64,000 bases of DNA from Candidatus Cloacimonadota bacterium (GCA_035420965.1 DAOLWC010000002.1:970-64969), one strand, 5' to 3'. Shown: positions 19,618 to 30,037, counted from the stretch's first letter. Notes: generated by a model from the sequence alone, not told the origin. Numbers and translations: made by a program.

Positions 19618-20628
19618 TTGCCCGTCAGATTACTCTTTTTGGTCATAATCCTTCTTTCATGTAAGGCTGTTATGGCCTTGAATATACCTTTAGTAGCAAG
19701 CTTTTCATCCGACGGACACCTCAACTGGTATCCAGACAGAGATAGCAGAAAACATAGCTGGAATGATAAGTATATCGTCACTCTCGGAGTTGATAGTCTA
19801 ATACACAAAGACCTTGAATTCAGTTTCACGCTGAGCAACCAGGCGGAATTCACTGATCAGCCGATACTGCTGGAGAGCATTGAACTTCGGTACCATTTTG
19901 ACAACTGGTCAGTCGCTGGCAGGTCGTCATTCCAAGGCATTGGGAAGGATAGTTTTTTCTCTCAGCTCTATGTCTCCAATGCAGATTACAACCGATATGA
20001 ATATATGCAGACCCGTTTCAACGGCATCGAGGGCAGCTATGAAAAGGGTAAGATTTCATCCTATCTTGGCCTGGGCGGCAATCCTCATAACCTGACCATG
20101 TATTATCTGGGACTTAAATATACGGGTTCTGGCTTTATTGTTGGATTTAGAGCCGATGCAAGTGTTCAGGATGTTCATTGGGATGGACCCCATATAATGC
20201 CTTCCGTATCCGCTCAATATAAGAACAGGCGCATCAGGATGCAAACAAGTATAGCTGGTAACCATGTGTTCGAATATAATGAGCGTCCATCCAGGAATGA
20301 ATATTTTGCCAACGCTGAGCTACAGATTGAGTTAGGTAGATACGTGGGATTTGTCTGTGCAGCGGAAAAGCAACAACAAGAACGCGCGCCATTGTCCAGC
20401 ACTACCCTGGAAACAGGAGTTATCGCCAGGATTGCTCCCCTGGAGTTTATCCCTAACACTCGTTGGCAACTCATTGATGACAGTGAGGTACTTAGGATAG
20501 GGTTTCTGGCAAAGTATCTTTTATCTAATCACAACAGTATTGGTTTGTATTTCAACAATCTTATCCCCGATGCAGGACATAATTGCCTTGAGACAGGTTT
20601 ACAGAGTTCTCTTTATTTTTCTTTTTAA
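19618..20628 (+). CDS. Hypothetical exported protein, probable outer-membrane beta-barrel (start uncertain)
   Basis: Signal-like LLFLVIILLSCKAVMA after TTG 19618, alternating beta-strand pattern, C-terminal LYFSF. Confidence 0.55.
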   Translation: MPVRLLFLVIILLSCKAVMALNIPLVASFSSDGHLNWYPDRDSRKHSWNDKYIVTLGVDSLIHKDLEFSFTLSNQAEFTDQPILLESIELRYHFDNWSVAGRSSFQGIGKDSFFSQLYVSNADYNRYEYMQTRFNGIEGSYEKGKISSYLGLGGNPHNLTMYYLGLKYTGSGFIVGFRADASVQDVHWDGPHIMPSVSAQYKNRRIRMQTSIAGNHVFEYNERPSRNEYFANAELQIELGRYVGFVCAAEKQQQERAPLSSTTLETGVIARIAPLEFIPNTRWQLIDDSEVLRIGFLAKYLLSNHNSIGLYFNNLIPDAGHNCLETGLQSSLYFSF

Positions 20629-21316
20629 CCTCTTGGTAGGTTCTTGCGGTTTACTTTTGCCGGAGGGGAATGCAGGCCCAATAATATGCTTTACTTTTGA
20701 TGACCAGCACAACAGTGTTTACGAGTATGCGTTCCCTACCCTGGCAGATTATGGATGGAAAGCCACCAATTATGTCAACAGTGGCTATTTAGGTCGGGAC
20801 AGTTCACTCAGCTGGGATCAGGTACAAGAGCTGGAACTTGTTTATGGTTGGGAAACTGGAGGACATGGCTTGTGGCATCAAGATTTGGTTGATTTAACAT
20901 ATGATGAAGCCAGCAGGGAGATTGGGGAAGACTATAATAACTTGGTGAATCATGGGCTGAACCCCAGAGGCTTTGCTCTGCCCAAAGGAGCTTGTCCCCA
21001 AGCATATTACAGTATTATAATGAATTACTATAATTACGTCCGTTGTAGCTCCGACTTTGCAATACATCCGCCAATAGACAGATTTTCATTAGGATACATA
21101 TCATACCAGGCTGATTGGTCCGCCGATACCATCAAATCCAGGATCGAACAAGGCATAGCAAACAAAGAGGCACTCATTGTCATTGGTTTTCACCAGATTG
21201 AAACACCCTCCAGTTACATGAATTGCCCCTTATCTGTGTTTAAGGCCATTTTGGGTTTTGTGCATCAAAAAGGGTTGAGAGTCATGACTCTATCAGAAGC
21301 CTTAGCGGTAATCTAA
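20570..21316 (+). CDS. Polysaccharide deacetylase (CE4/NodB-like) lipoprotein (start uncertain)
   Basis: FTFDD, WETGGHG..H, FALP.G, IGFH; LVGSC lipobox. Confidence 0.8.
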   Translation: MQDIIALRQVYRVLFIFLFNLLVGSCGLLLPEGNAGPIICFTFDDQHNSVYEYAFPTLADYGWKATNYVNSGYLGRDSSLSWDQVQELELVYGWETGGHGLWHQDLVDLTYDEASREIGEDYNNLVNHGLNPRGFALPKGACPQAYYSIIMNYYNYVRCSSDFAIHPPIDRFSLGYISYQADWSADTIKSRIEQGIANKEALIVIGFHQIETPSSYMNCPLSVFKAILGFVHQKGLRVMTLSEALAVI

Positions 21317-21382
21317 AGATTTTACTTGCCAAACGCGGGTCTGTTTATAAACTGGAAAAAAACAACAATATAAGAGGATAAA

Positions 21383-22585
21383 ATGAAGCTCTCATCCCGT
21401 GCCTTGGAAATACAGGCCTCCCCCATCAGAAAACTAATGCCTCACGCCATAGCGGCCAGGAAGAAAGGTATCAAAGTATACCATCTGAACATCGGACAAC
21501 CGGATATTCCCACGCCACAACCCATGCTTGAAGCTTATCACAATTTCTCTGACAAAGTTTTAGCCTATGGTCCCTCCCAAGGACTCGACATTTACAGACA
21601 AGGCCTTGTCCAATATTATCTCAAAAACGGTATAGCTTTGAAAGAAAGCGATATCATCGTCACCACGGCAGGTTCCGAAGCAGTTACATTTGCCATGATG
21701 GTTGTCTGCGGAGCTGGGGATGAGATCATAGTTCCCGAACCATTTTATACAAACTACAACGGTTTTGCCACAATGGCGGGAATCAATATTGTGCCAATCA
21801 CAACCCACGCTGAGAACGGATTTCAGCTTCCTTCCACCTCTGTGATCGAAGAAAAAATCGGCGCGAAAACCAAGGCTATCATGATCTGCAATCCGGGAAA
21901 TCCCACAGGAACGGTCTATGGCAAAGACGAGATCCATAGATTGGCAGAGATTGCCAAAAAGCATGGTCTCTATATAATATCGGATGAGGTTTACAGGGAG
22001 TTTATCTATGACGGACAAACACACACCAGCATCCTGAGCGTGGAAGGAATTGAAGAGCACGCGATCATGGTGGATAGTGTTTCCAAGCGCTACAGCGCTT
22101 GTGGTGCACGCATAGGCTGTATTGTTTCACGAAACAAAGAAGTTATGGACGCCACGCTCAAGTTCGCCCAAGCACGTTTATGTCCTCCCACCGTCGACCA
22201 ATTGGCAGCCCATGCCTGCACCAAACTTGGGGACGAATATTTCAAGGAAATTATAGACGAATACCAAACCCGCAGAGATGTTGTTTATTCCGCCCTGATG
22301 CAGATACCGGGAGTAGTTTGCAAGCGTCCGGAAGGAGCTTTTTATGTGCTGGCTAAGCTGCCGATTGATGATGCGGAAGACTTTGTGATCTGGCTGTTGG
22401 ATGAATTCCAGGTCGACGGAGAAACGGTCATGGGAGCCCCTGCCGAGGGTTTTTATGCGACTCCCGGCCTGGGCAAAAATGAGATCCGGCTGGCATACAT
22501 CATCAATAAAGAAGAGCTTGTCAAAGCCATGGAAATATTCAAAGCTGGTATTGCTGAATATATAAGAATAAAATCCTTACCATAA
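21383..22585 (+). CDS. PLP-dependent class I/II aminotransferase (aspartate aminotransferase-like)
   Basis: LNIGQPD, NPGNPTG, DEVY, DSVSKRYSACGARIG. Confidence 0.92.
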   Translation: MKLSSRALEIQASPIRKLMPHAIAARKKGIKVYHLNIGQPDIPTPQPMLEAYHNFSDKVLAYGPSQGLDIYRQGLVQYYLKNGIALKESDIIVTTAGSEAVTFAMMVVCGAGDEIIVPEPFYTNYNGFATMAGINIVPITTHAENGFQLPSTSVIEEKIGAKTKAIMICNPGNPTGTVYGKDEIHRLAEIAKKHGLYIISDEVYREFIYDGQTHTSILSVEGIEEHAIMVDSVSKRYSACGARIGCIVSRNKEVMDATLKFAQARLCPPTVDQLAAHACTKLGDEYFKEIIDEYQTRRDVVYSALMQIPGVVCKRPEGAFYVLAKLPIDDAEDFVIWLLDEFQVDGETVMGAPAEGFYATPGLGKNEIRLAYIINKEELVKAMEIFKAGIAEYIRIKSLP

Positions 22586-22609
22586 GCAACCCCAATAGAA
22601 GGTGGTGTT

Positions 22610-23542
22610 ATGAAGACCAAATGGAAGATTTCGCCATACCTGTATTTATTACCGGCGTTGGTGCTGCTGGTGATGTTCAGATTGCTGCCCATACTGATGT
22701 CCTTCGGGCTCAGTTTTTTCGATCTGGACATCAAGGGGAACGGTGTGTTCATTGGCTTGGCCAATTACGCTGAGATACTGAAGGATCAGGTATTCTGGCA
22801 ATCGATGCTCAACACGATGTGGCTTATTCTATTTGTGGTACCCATGAGCATTGTCTTCCCCTTGTTCTTTGCGGTCATGCTCAATCAGATCAAGTGGCTC
22901 AAAAGCTTCTTCCGAATCATTTATTTCATGCCTTTCGTCACTTCACTGGTTGCAGTTTCCATTGTCTGGAAAATAATCTTTTCCGAACAAGCTGGTTTGG
23001 CCAATACCTTTTTGGAGTGGATTGGTCTCGAGCCGCAACTCTGGCTGGCGGAACCCAAAGGTATCTTCACCATCCTATTTTCTAGTTTTGGAATAGAAAT
23101 TCCCGCTTGGATGGGAGGTCCATCCCTGGCGCTGTTCAGCATTATCATTATGACCGTCTGGAAAGGATTGGGATATAACACTATCATCTACCTCGCTGGA
23201 TTGCAAAATATTTCCAAGGCTTACTACGAAGCGGCGGAGATAGACGGAGCCACAAAATCCAAGCAGTTCTGGGAGATAACCATACCCCTGATTTCCCCAA
23301 CCACTTTCTACGTGCTGTTGATGACCACCATCGTCAGTTTCCAGGCCTTCGCGCAAGTCTATCTCATGACCGACAAGGGCGGCCCGCTCAACACCACCAA
23401 GTTGATAGTCTATTACATCTATGAAAAGGGCTTTGACCTGCTGGATATGGATTACGCCAGCGCGGTAGCTTTGGTGCTCTTTGTGATAATTCTGGGATTG
23501 ACCTTGCTACAGCGTCGCCTGGAAAAACACGTGAACTATTAG
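22610..23542 (+). CDS. Carbohydrate ABC transporter permease 1
   Basis: FIGLANY, YLAGLQ.I...YEAAEIDGA EAA loop. Confidence 0.92.
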   Translation: MKTKWKISPYLYLLPALVLLVMFRLLPILMSFGLSFFDLDIKGNGVFIGLANYAEILKDQVFWQSMLNTMWLILFVVPMSIVFPLFFAVMLNQIKWLKSFFRIIYFMPFVTSLVAVSIVWKIIFSEQAGLANTFLEWIGLEPQLWLAEPKGIFTILFSSFGIEIPAWMGGPSLALFSIIIMTVWKGLGYNTIIYLAGLQNISKAYYEAAEIDGATKSKQFWEITIPLISPTTFYVLLMTTIVSFQAFAQVYLMTDKGGPLNTTKLIVYYIYEKGFDLLDMDYASAVALVLFVIILGLTLLQRRLEKHVNY

Positions 23543-23552
23543 GAGGCACAGA

Positions 23553-24539
23553 ATGAACGAAAAGCTGAGAATGACCCTGATCTACTTTCTGCTCGCAGTC
23601 TTCGGTTTGACCATGATTGTGCCGTTCATCTGGATGTTGTCCACTGCACTGATGACCCAGTCTGAATTCAATAAAAACGACTCCGTGTTCATTCCCAAAG
23701 AAGAATACTATGTCTGGAATCAAGGGAAAGTACAGCAAAGAATAATCCTGGTTACCACAAAAGAGGACAGCAGCATCATTCACGTATTGGACAAAGATGC
23801 CAACATTGTCCGCGAATACCTTGCTGTACCTTCAAATCAGATCGAATTGGTTAAAAAGAGACCCAGCCTGCACTTCGAAAATTTCGTCACAGCATTCCGC
23901 AAGGTTCCCTTTGCCACATACTTTGCCAATACCATATACGTCTCGTTCATGACCCTAATTGGGGCGATGATCACTTCTGTGTTGGCGGCCTACGCCTTTG
24001 CCAGAATGGAATTCAAGGGCAGGGACTTCTTTTTCTACTTGTTTTTGAGCATGATGATGGTACCAGAACCCATCTATCTTATTTCCTCTTATATACTGCT
24101 GGATAAGATTAACTGGCTGGACACCTACAACGCACTGATCGTGCCCTGGTGCGTAAACATCTTCACCATCTTCCTGTTTCGCCAGCATTTCAAATCCCTG
24201 CCGCAAGAACTATTTGATGCCGCATCTATCGACGGCTGCAGTACTTTCGGCATGTTGTGGCGGATCATCCTGCCACTTTCAAAACCGATTATTGCCACTG
24301 CGTCCATTTTTTCGTTGATCGGCAGTTGGAACAGCTTTATGTGGCCCCTGGTTATGACAGATCGTCCTGAACTGCGTGTCCTGCAGGTCGGTTTGAGCTA
24401 TTTCAACCAGGAGGCTTCCACGCAGACAACCCTGCTGATGGCAGCTTCGACATTCAGTATTGTTCCGATCCTCATTTTGTTTTTCCTGGCTCAAAAACAG
24501 ATTATTGCCAGCTACGCGAGAACAGGGCTTAAAGACTAA
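23553..24539 (+). CDS. Carbohydrate ABC transporter permease 2
   Basis: AAYAFAR, LPQELFDAASIDG, WNSFMWPL. Confidence 0.92.
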   Translation: MNEKLRMTLIYFLLAVFGLTMIVPFIWMLSTALMTQSEFNKNDSVFIPKEEYYVWNQGKVQQRIILVTTKEDSSIIHVLDKDANIVREYLAVPSNQIELVKKRPSLHFENFVTAFRKVPFATYFANTIYVSFMTLIGAMITSVLAAYAFARMEFKGRDFFFYLFLSMMMVPEPIYLISSYILLDKINWLDTYNALIVPWCVNIFTIFLFRQHFKSLPQELFDAASIDGCSTFGMLWRIILPLSKPIIATASIFSLIGSWNSFMWPLVMTDRPELRVLQVGLSYFNQEASTQTTLLMAASTFSIVPILILFFLAQKQIIASYARTGLKD

Positions 24540-24559
24540 CCTATTTATGGAGTTACAAC

Positions 24560-27322
24560 ATGGCTAAAACCAAAAGAGATTTGAAAAAAATAAAACAACA
24601 GCTACAGAAAAGCGGATCAAGTCAAAGCGAGAAAACTCCTTACTTGGTTCCAGAAACCACTGCGCGAGGCAGCATCCACGAGTTTAACGACGCGGATATA
24701 CGGCCCCAGCAGCTCGTTCCCAAACGTATCAACATCTGGGTCGCGATAGCCGTGTTTGCCGTAACTCTGATTGTCTATATGCTCACCCAAGCACGCACTC
24801 TGTCTTTCTGGGATTCAGGCGAGTATGCCACCTGCACCAGCATCCTGGGCGTGCCCCACCCTCCGGGAAACCCCTTCTATATAATTCTTGGCAGGGCTCT
24901 CATTGCCATGTTCGGAGGTATTTTCTCACATGCCATAATAGCCGCTTTCATGTCGGGCATGATGTCCGCACTGGCTGTCATGTTTACCTATCTCATCACT
25001 GTCCAGCTTACCAGTATGCTCAAGATAAGATATTGGGAAGCTATTTTCGCGGGTGTGGTCGCGGCTCTTTATACCGCTTTTTCTTTCACTTTCTGGATGA
25101 ATGCCGTTGAGGCTGAAGTCTATTCCGGATTGGTGTTCTTCATCAATATTATTATCTGGCTGACCCTGTATTGGGTGCAAAGAGCCAGAGACTTTCACTA
25201 TCAGAACATCCTGCTGCTGATAGTTTACCTTTTCTTTTTAGGCTTCTGCGTGCATCAAACCTCATTGCAGATTGCTCCGGCAGTTCTGTTTATCGTGGTG
25301 TATCCCTTGTTCCTGTCTGGCGTTCGCAAAGATCATTTCTGGCTCAAATTCATTGGCTATGGCGTGGCGCTGATTCTTGCTTATTATATTGCCGGTTTGA
25401 TCGGCAAGGGCATGGGTATCGATGACTTCGACAAATGGGGATTTGCCCTTATGAGCTTTATCCTGCTCTTTATAGAGCTTCGCGATGTTTTCGACAAGCG
25501 GGTCTGGATAATCGGAATACTCCTCGTTATAGCTGGCCTCTCTTCGCATCTCTACCTCATGGTGCGCGCCGCTGACAGGCCTTTTATCAACGAAGGGCAC
25601 CCCAGTACCATACAGATGTTTAAAGATTATGTACTGAGAAAACAATACGGCGTCACCTCCATGTTTGAGCGCAGGGGAAACCTTATCTCCCATCAACTTG
25701 GCTATCATTTTTTACGCTATTTCGGCTGGCAATGGTTTAACGCGGAAACACTGGCGGGATGGTTCAAGATACCATCCGCGGCGGTTGCGGCCATTGCCAA
25801 CATCTTCATCGCCTTCACCGGTTTCTTTGGCGCGATATTCCATGCCCGGAAGAACAAACACAGCTTCTTCTATTTTCTCTCGATCTTCTTCTGCACCACC
25901 TTGCTGATGGTCTTTGTGATGAACTTGTCTTCGGGCGAGGTCAGGGACCGCGATTACTTCTTTGTGGTCGGCTACAACATGTGGGCAATTTGGCTGGGCA
26001 TTGGTTCCCTCGCTTTGCTGCACCTGTTCAGGAAAGAGTCCCTGCGCTACATACTGGCCATCATCCTACTATTGCTGCCTGTTTTCAACATGGTTTCCCA
26101 ATATCGGGTTCATGACCGTTCCAGGGAGTTTATCGCCCTGGATTATGGCCTGAACTTCCTCAATTCGCTGGAAAAAGATGCCATAATCTTCACCAACGGA
26201 GACAACGACACCTTCCCAATCTGGTACGCCCAGGCTGTGGAGGACCCATATTCCAAGGAACACATCACGCCCGCGGTCGGCACCTACCCCACTTCAGACT
26301 CCCAGGCTGCCATAGCCAAGGCAATGGAGTTTAAGAACAAAGAACTGAAAGGGATTCGCAAGGATGTGACCGTGGCCAATCTTTCGCTATTGAACACACC
26401 CTGGTACATCAAACAGCTTAGGGATCGCGAGGGAGTGCTGTTCAGCTGGTCGGATGAGCAGATTGACAATCTGCAACCTGCCTTGTTGAACACCACGGTC
26501 AATTTCAGCGCCGGCGACCCCGCGGGTGAAAAGAATTTCTCTATCTTCTTTGCCGAAACCCCTAGATTCCGCCGCGCGGAACCCTACTATCGCGTTTCAG
26601 ACCTCGCGGTTATCCAGCTTATCAAGGACAATTACGGCAAGCGCCCCATCTATTTTGCCGTTACCTGCGAAAGTTACATCGGATTCGATGACTATCTTCG
26701 CAATGAAGGAATGGTCAGCAGGCTCATTCACATCAAGGATTTGGAAGGCGAGCAGATTGATATTGACCGTTTGCTGCAAAACATAGAACAAGTTTACCAA
26801 TACCGCTCGATCCATGATCCCCGGGTTTACAAAGACGATAACATGAAGCGCTTGATAATGAATTACGGTTCTGGATTTGTCCGCGCTGCTGTTTATTACA
26901 CCAAACAAGGTGATTATGCCAAAGCTGAAAAGTACGCCGCAGAAGCAAGAAAATATGTAGACACCGAACTGAGGATGGCTGACTACTATATACGCTACTA
27001 TGCGGACACCGGCCAATTAGGAAAACTCGATGCGTTCATCGAAAAGAACATCTTTCCGCACGAACGCGCCATAGATATCTATCAAGGCTATGTCCTTCGC
27101 TATATCCTGGGAAACAAAAGAGAGCTTGCTCCCAGATACCTGGCCATGATCATGCAGCGCTATCCCAACGACACAGGCTTGGGTAGCCTGGCAATTGCCT
27201 ACGCCCAGGAGTATGGCGAGATAGCTCAGGTTGAGGCCCTTTTCAGGTCTTTGGAAGGGAAGATCAACTATAGCATGGTTGACCTTCTGCAAGATATGTA
27301 CCAAGAAAACTTGTCACAGTGA
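24560..27322 (+). CDS. DUF2723 / TMEM260-like (GT-C) membrane glycosyltransferase with TPR-like C-terminus
   Basis: FWDSGEY...LGVPHPPG.P, FW.NAVEAEVY, RDRDYFF, IFTNGDNDTFP.WY.Q, RKDV.V.NLSLLNT.WY. Confidence 0.85.
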   Translation: MAKTKRDLKKIKQQLQKSGSSQSEKTPYLVPETTARGSIHEFNDADIRPQQLVPKRINIWVAIAVFAVTLIVYMLTQARTLSFWDSGEYATCTSILGVPHPPGNPFYIILGRALIAMFGGIFSHAIIAAFMSGMMSALAVMFTYLITVQLTSMLKIRYWEAIFAGVVAALYTAFSFTFWMNAVEAEVYSGLVFFINIIIWLTLYWVQRARDFHYQNILLLIVYLFFLGFCVHQTSLQIAPAVLFIVVYPLFLSGVRKDHFWLKFIGYGVALILAYYIAGLIGKGMGIDDFDKWGFALMSFILLFIELRDVFDKRVWIIGILLVIAGLSSHLYLMVRAADRPFINEGHPSTIQMFKDYVLRKQYGVTSMFERRGNLISHQLGYHFLRYFGWQWFNAETLAGWFKIPSAAVAAIANIFIAFTGFFGAIFHARKNKHSFFYFLSIFFCTTLLMVFVMNLSSGEVRDRDYFFVVGYNMWAIWLGIGSLALLHLFRKESLRYILAIILLLLPVFNMVSQYRVHDRSREFIALDYGLNFLNSLEKDAIIFTNGDNDTFPIWYAQAVEDPYSKEHITPAVGTYPTSDSQAAIAKAMEFKNKELKGIRKDVTVANLSLLNTPWYIKQLRDREGVLFSWSDEQIDNLQPALLNTTVNFSAGDPAGEKNFSIFFAETPRFRRAEPYYRVSDLAVIQLIKDNYGKRPIYFAVTCESYIGFDDYLRNEGMVSRLIHIKDLEGEQIDIDRLLQNIEQVYQYRSIHDPRVYKDDNMKRLIMNYGSGFVRAAVYYTKQGDYAKAEKYAAEARKYVDTELRMADYYIRYYADTGQLGKLDAFIEKNIFPHERAIDIYQGYVLRYILGNKRELAPRYLAMIMQRYPNDTGLGSLAIAYAQEYGEIAQVEALFRSLEGKINYSMVDLLQDMYQENLSQ

Positions 27323-27420
27323 TCAAAACTCAGCCAGCACAATGTTCCTATTTCCCGGGCATTGACATCATGCTGGCTGGCATTAATATATAGATGTACA
27401 CTTTTTTGATGGAGACGAAA

Positions 27421-27861
27421 ATGAAAAAGACAGCTATGCTACTCGCCATTGGGATCATGGCAGTACTTCCCCTTGCTGCCCAGATAGACCTGCCCAGGCC
27501 GAACCTTAATCCCTGGCAAACCGCCGCGAGAAGCCCTCTCCTGGACGCCAGCAGGCTTTCAATGAGCCATTCGATGGGTTTCATGGCTGGCAGTTCCAGC
27601 GCTGGCTATGGCTATTATCTTTCGAACTATACCAACCACCTCAAGTATGAGCTGAGCCCAAAGCTCGATCTGGCTCTGGATTTGAACTTTGTCAACTACG
27701 GCTCCACCTCGGGCGGGTTCAAGTTCAACTCCGACAATCAAAGCAAGGTTATTCCGGAATTCAAGCTCAATTACCGGCCTTCTGAAAGCTTCCGCGTTTC
27801 TGTGGAGTTCAAGCGCGGATACCCTTGGCTGGGAAGCGACAACGCGTGGCTCGACAGGTAG
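27421..27861 (+). CDS. Hypothetical exported protein
   Basis: GGAG RBS, signal peptide MKKTAMLLAIGIMAVLPLAA, beta-rich. Confidence 0.7.
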   Translation: MKKTAMLLAIGIMAVLPLAAQIDLPRPNLNPWQTAARSPLLDASRLSMSHSMGFMAGSSSAGYGYYLSNYTNHLKYELSPKLDLALDLNFVNYGSTSGGFKFNSDNQSKVIPEFKLNYRPSESFRVSVEFKRGYPWLGSDNAWLDR

Positions 27862-27862
27862 C

Positions 27863-28645
27863 TTGCCTGTGTTGGTTGTAGATGTTGTCCTGATTATTGT
27901 TCTGGGCGCTTCCCTTGGCAGTTTCCTGAATGTTGTAATCGACCGCCTTCCTCGCAAAGCGTCATTAGTGAGGCCTGGGTCGCATTGCACCTCCTGCGGG
28001 AAAAAGATTCCTTTCTGGTTAAATATCCCGATAATCAGCTACCTGGCCCTTAAGGGCAAATGCAAGTATTGCGGAGAGCGGTTTCACTGGCACCACCTTT
28101 TGGTTGAGATCATCACCCCCCTGATGTTTCTCGCCCTGTATGCTGTGTATGGGTTGAGCCCGATGTTCTTCAAGTTCGCCACAATGGTGAGCTTCTTGAT
28201 TCCCATCTTTTTCATTGATGCCTACCACAAGATCATTCCCCTTGCGCTTACGCTGCCCCTCATCGCCTCTGGATGGCTCTGGGCTTTGGTGCCTGAGACT
28301 TTTGTAAGTTTCCCGGATTCCCTTCTGGCATCTGTCCTGACCTTCGCGTTTTTATATCTGCTTGCCCTTGCCTGGGAAAAGATATTCCGCAAAGAAGGGT
28401 TGGGCGGGGGCGATGTTGTCCTGTTCCCCGGGGTAGCTGCCTATTTTGGCTTGCTCAACATTCCTTTCATCGTGATTCTGGCCTGCCTTATGGGAATCAT
28501 ATATTTCCTGGCCTTTGTCCGCAAGAACACCCCTTTCGCTTTTGGTAATTTTATTGCCGCCGCCGCTGTTATCTGGGCTTTAGCGGGTGAATGGCTTCTC
28601 AATTTGGCTGGTTTGCCAGCCTTCGTATCCCTGTTTTCCAACTGA
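27863..28645 (+). CDS. pilD: Type IV prepilin peptidase (A24) (start approximate)
   Basis: GSFLNVVI.RLP, S.C..C, NIPI.SYL.L.GKC..C, ID, GLGGGD. Confidence 0.9.
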   Translation: MPVLVVDVVLIIVLGASLGSFLNVVIDRLPRKASLVRPGSHCTSCGKKIPFWLNIPIISYLALKGKCKYCGERFHWHHLLVEIITPLMFLALYAVYGLSPMFFKFATMVSFLIPIFFIDAYHKIIPLALTLPLIASGWLWALVPETFVSFPDSLLASVLTFAFLYLLALAWEKIFRKEGLGGGDVVLFPGVAAYFGLLNIPFIVILACLMGIIYFLAFVRKNTPFAFGNFIAAAAVIWALAGEWLLNLAGLPAFVSLFSN

Positions 28646-28853
28646 GCCTTACATAGCTCCCATACTCTTTTAAAACCGCTTGCCTCTTCCAGTACTTCGG
28701 AGCTTCGACTGAACGACAACGAACCTGTAGGACATTTTTAACAGTGTCCCTTATGCTGTTTCGTGACGCGGAATCTAGTCTCTTATAAGACCTTAATCAG
28801 CCACACATACAATTGTTATTTTCATCGAAGCAAGCTTAGCAAGCTGCCCTGAC

Positions 28854-28965
28854 CCACTCCTGCCTTCATGTCCCATTGACCGCCCGTTGAACGCCAGGTA
28901 ATTTCCAGCGCAGCGATTGCTCAGCGTTCAGTCAGCGATCAGTCAGTGATGAGCGTATGAGGGCC
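28854..28965. repeat. Intergenic module B, copy 2
   Basis: ...gcgattgctcagcgttcagtcagcgatcagtcagtgatgagcgtatgagggcc; homologous to 59079-59188. Confidence 0.85.
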
Positions 28966-29056
28966 AAAAGAAAGCGGGGACCAGGCTTTACGCGTTGATC
29001 CCCATTAGCTTACAAGTGTCGTCAATCCCCATCATTCCAGCGATGGGAACAGCGGC

Positions 29057-30037
29057 TCACATTCGGTCTGGTTTCCTGGCTGATTGCTTGTCATTGGGCT
29101 TTGCTTTGCCTGTTTTCTTGTTGTCCAACCTGGTGTCATCATCTTTGCCTGTTTTCTTGCTGTCCAACCTGGTGTCATCATCTTCATCCGGATTGCTGTC
29201 AGGCATCCTGAGCTTGGTTTTGTCGGTTTTCGTATTTGCCGCTTGTTTCCCGCTGCCCAGTTGTGAGCCGTTGTTACCACTGGGAGGGTTGTAGCTGCCA
29301 TTACCGTTCCCGGATCCATTTCCACTACCGGGATGACTGCCGGAACCTCCACCGCTGCCACCGCCGGGAGGGTTATAACTACCACTTCCATGGCTTCCAC
29401 TACCATTTCCTCCGTGGCTCCCCCCATGTCCACCGCCATAACCGCCACTGGGAGGAGTTGGCGGAATATAGCTTCCGTGGCCTCCGCTGTTGCCACCGCC
29501 TGGAGGATTGTGACCGCCATGTCCGCCATGACTTCCACCGGGAGGGTTGTAAGGAGGACGGGGAGGTCTGGGCTTATAGCCGGGAGGCGGAGTGGGCCTG
29601 GGAGGAGCCAGGGGATAGAAATATTGTGGACAGATTGGCCTGTAATATGGCCGGTCAAAATATGGGTACAAGAACGCAGTAGAGTAATATGCCCTTTCCA
29701 GTCTGAAGGTGTAAACAGACGGATGTCTGATCGCGGCTCTCAGGGAACCCTTGTTCAAGGGCACAAAAATCTCTTCTTTAATAGGGATATAGCCCCTTTT
29801 GGTTATGACTATCTCAATCGTTCTGCCAGGAATACCATCGTAGTAGTCGAAATACTCATCCATTAACACGGGAAAGATCTCCGTGGGAGTCCTCCCCAAT
29901 TCCTGGTCGGTATCATACACGGTTACTTTCGCGCCCCGGGGAATCGTCCTGATCTTGAACGCTCCATATAGATCATCGGCGCTGAGCGCGGCAGCGATAA
30001 GTAACAGACAGGTTATTAAAGCGACCTTGAGTTTCAT
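29057..30037 (-). CDS. Secreted PEGA-like domain protein with long Pro/Gly/Ser/His-rich disordered tail
   Basis: Signal peptide; IRTIP.GA.V...LG.TP...K.GY; YNPPGG repeats; GGAGG RBS. Confidence 0.7.
   Translation of the reverse strand: MKLKVALITCLLLIAAALSADDLYGAFKIRTIPRGAKVTVYDTDQELGRTPTEIFPVLMDEYFDYYDGIPGRTIEIVITKRGYIPIKEEIFVPLNKGSLRAAIRHPSVYTFRLERAYYSTAFLYPYFDRPYYRPICPQYFYPLAPPRPTPPPGYKPRPPRPPYNPPGGSHGGHGGHNPPGGGNSGGHGSYIPPTPPSGGYGGGHGGSHGGNGSGSHGSGSYNPPGGGSGGGSGSHPGSGNGSGNGNGSYNPPSGNNGSQLGSGKQAANTKTDKTKLRMPDSNPDEDDDTRLDSKKTGKDDDTRLDNKKTGKAKPNDKQSARKPDRM
29104..29181. repeat. Tandem 2 x 39-bp coding repeat (DDDTRLD[S/N]KKTGK)
   Basis: ctttgcctgttttcttg(t/c)tgtccaacctggtgtcatcat twice, one mismatch. 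Confidence 0.95.

Noticed and set aside
28725-28785. Possible degenerate module C (gtgacgcggaatctagtctctt)
   Set aside because: Only the 3' end resembles ggatccagtcttt; too decayed to call.
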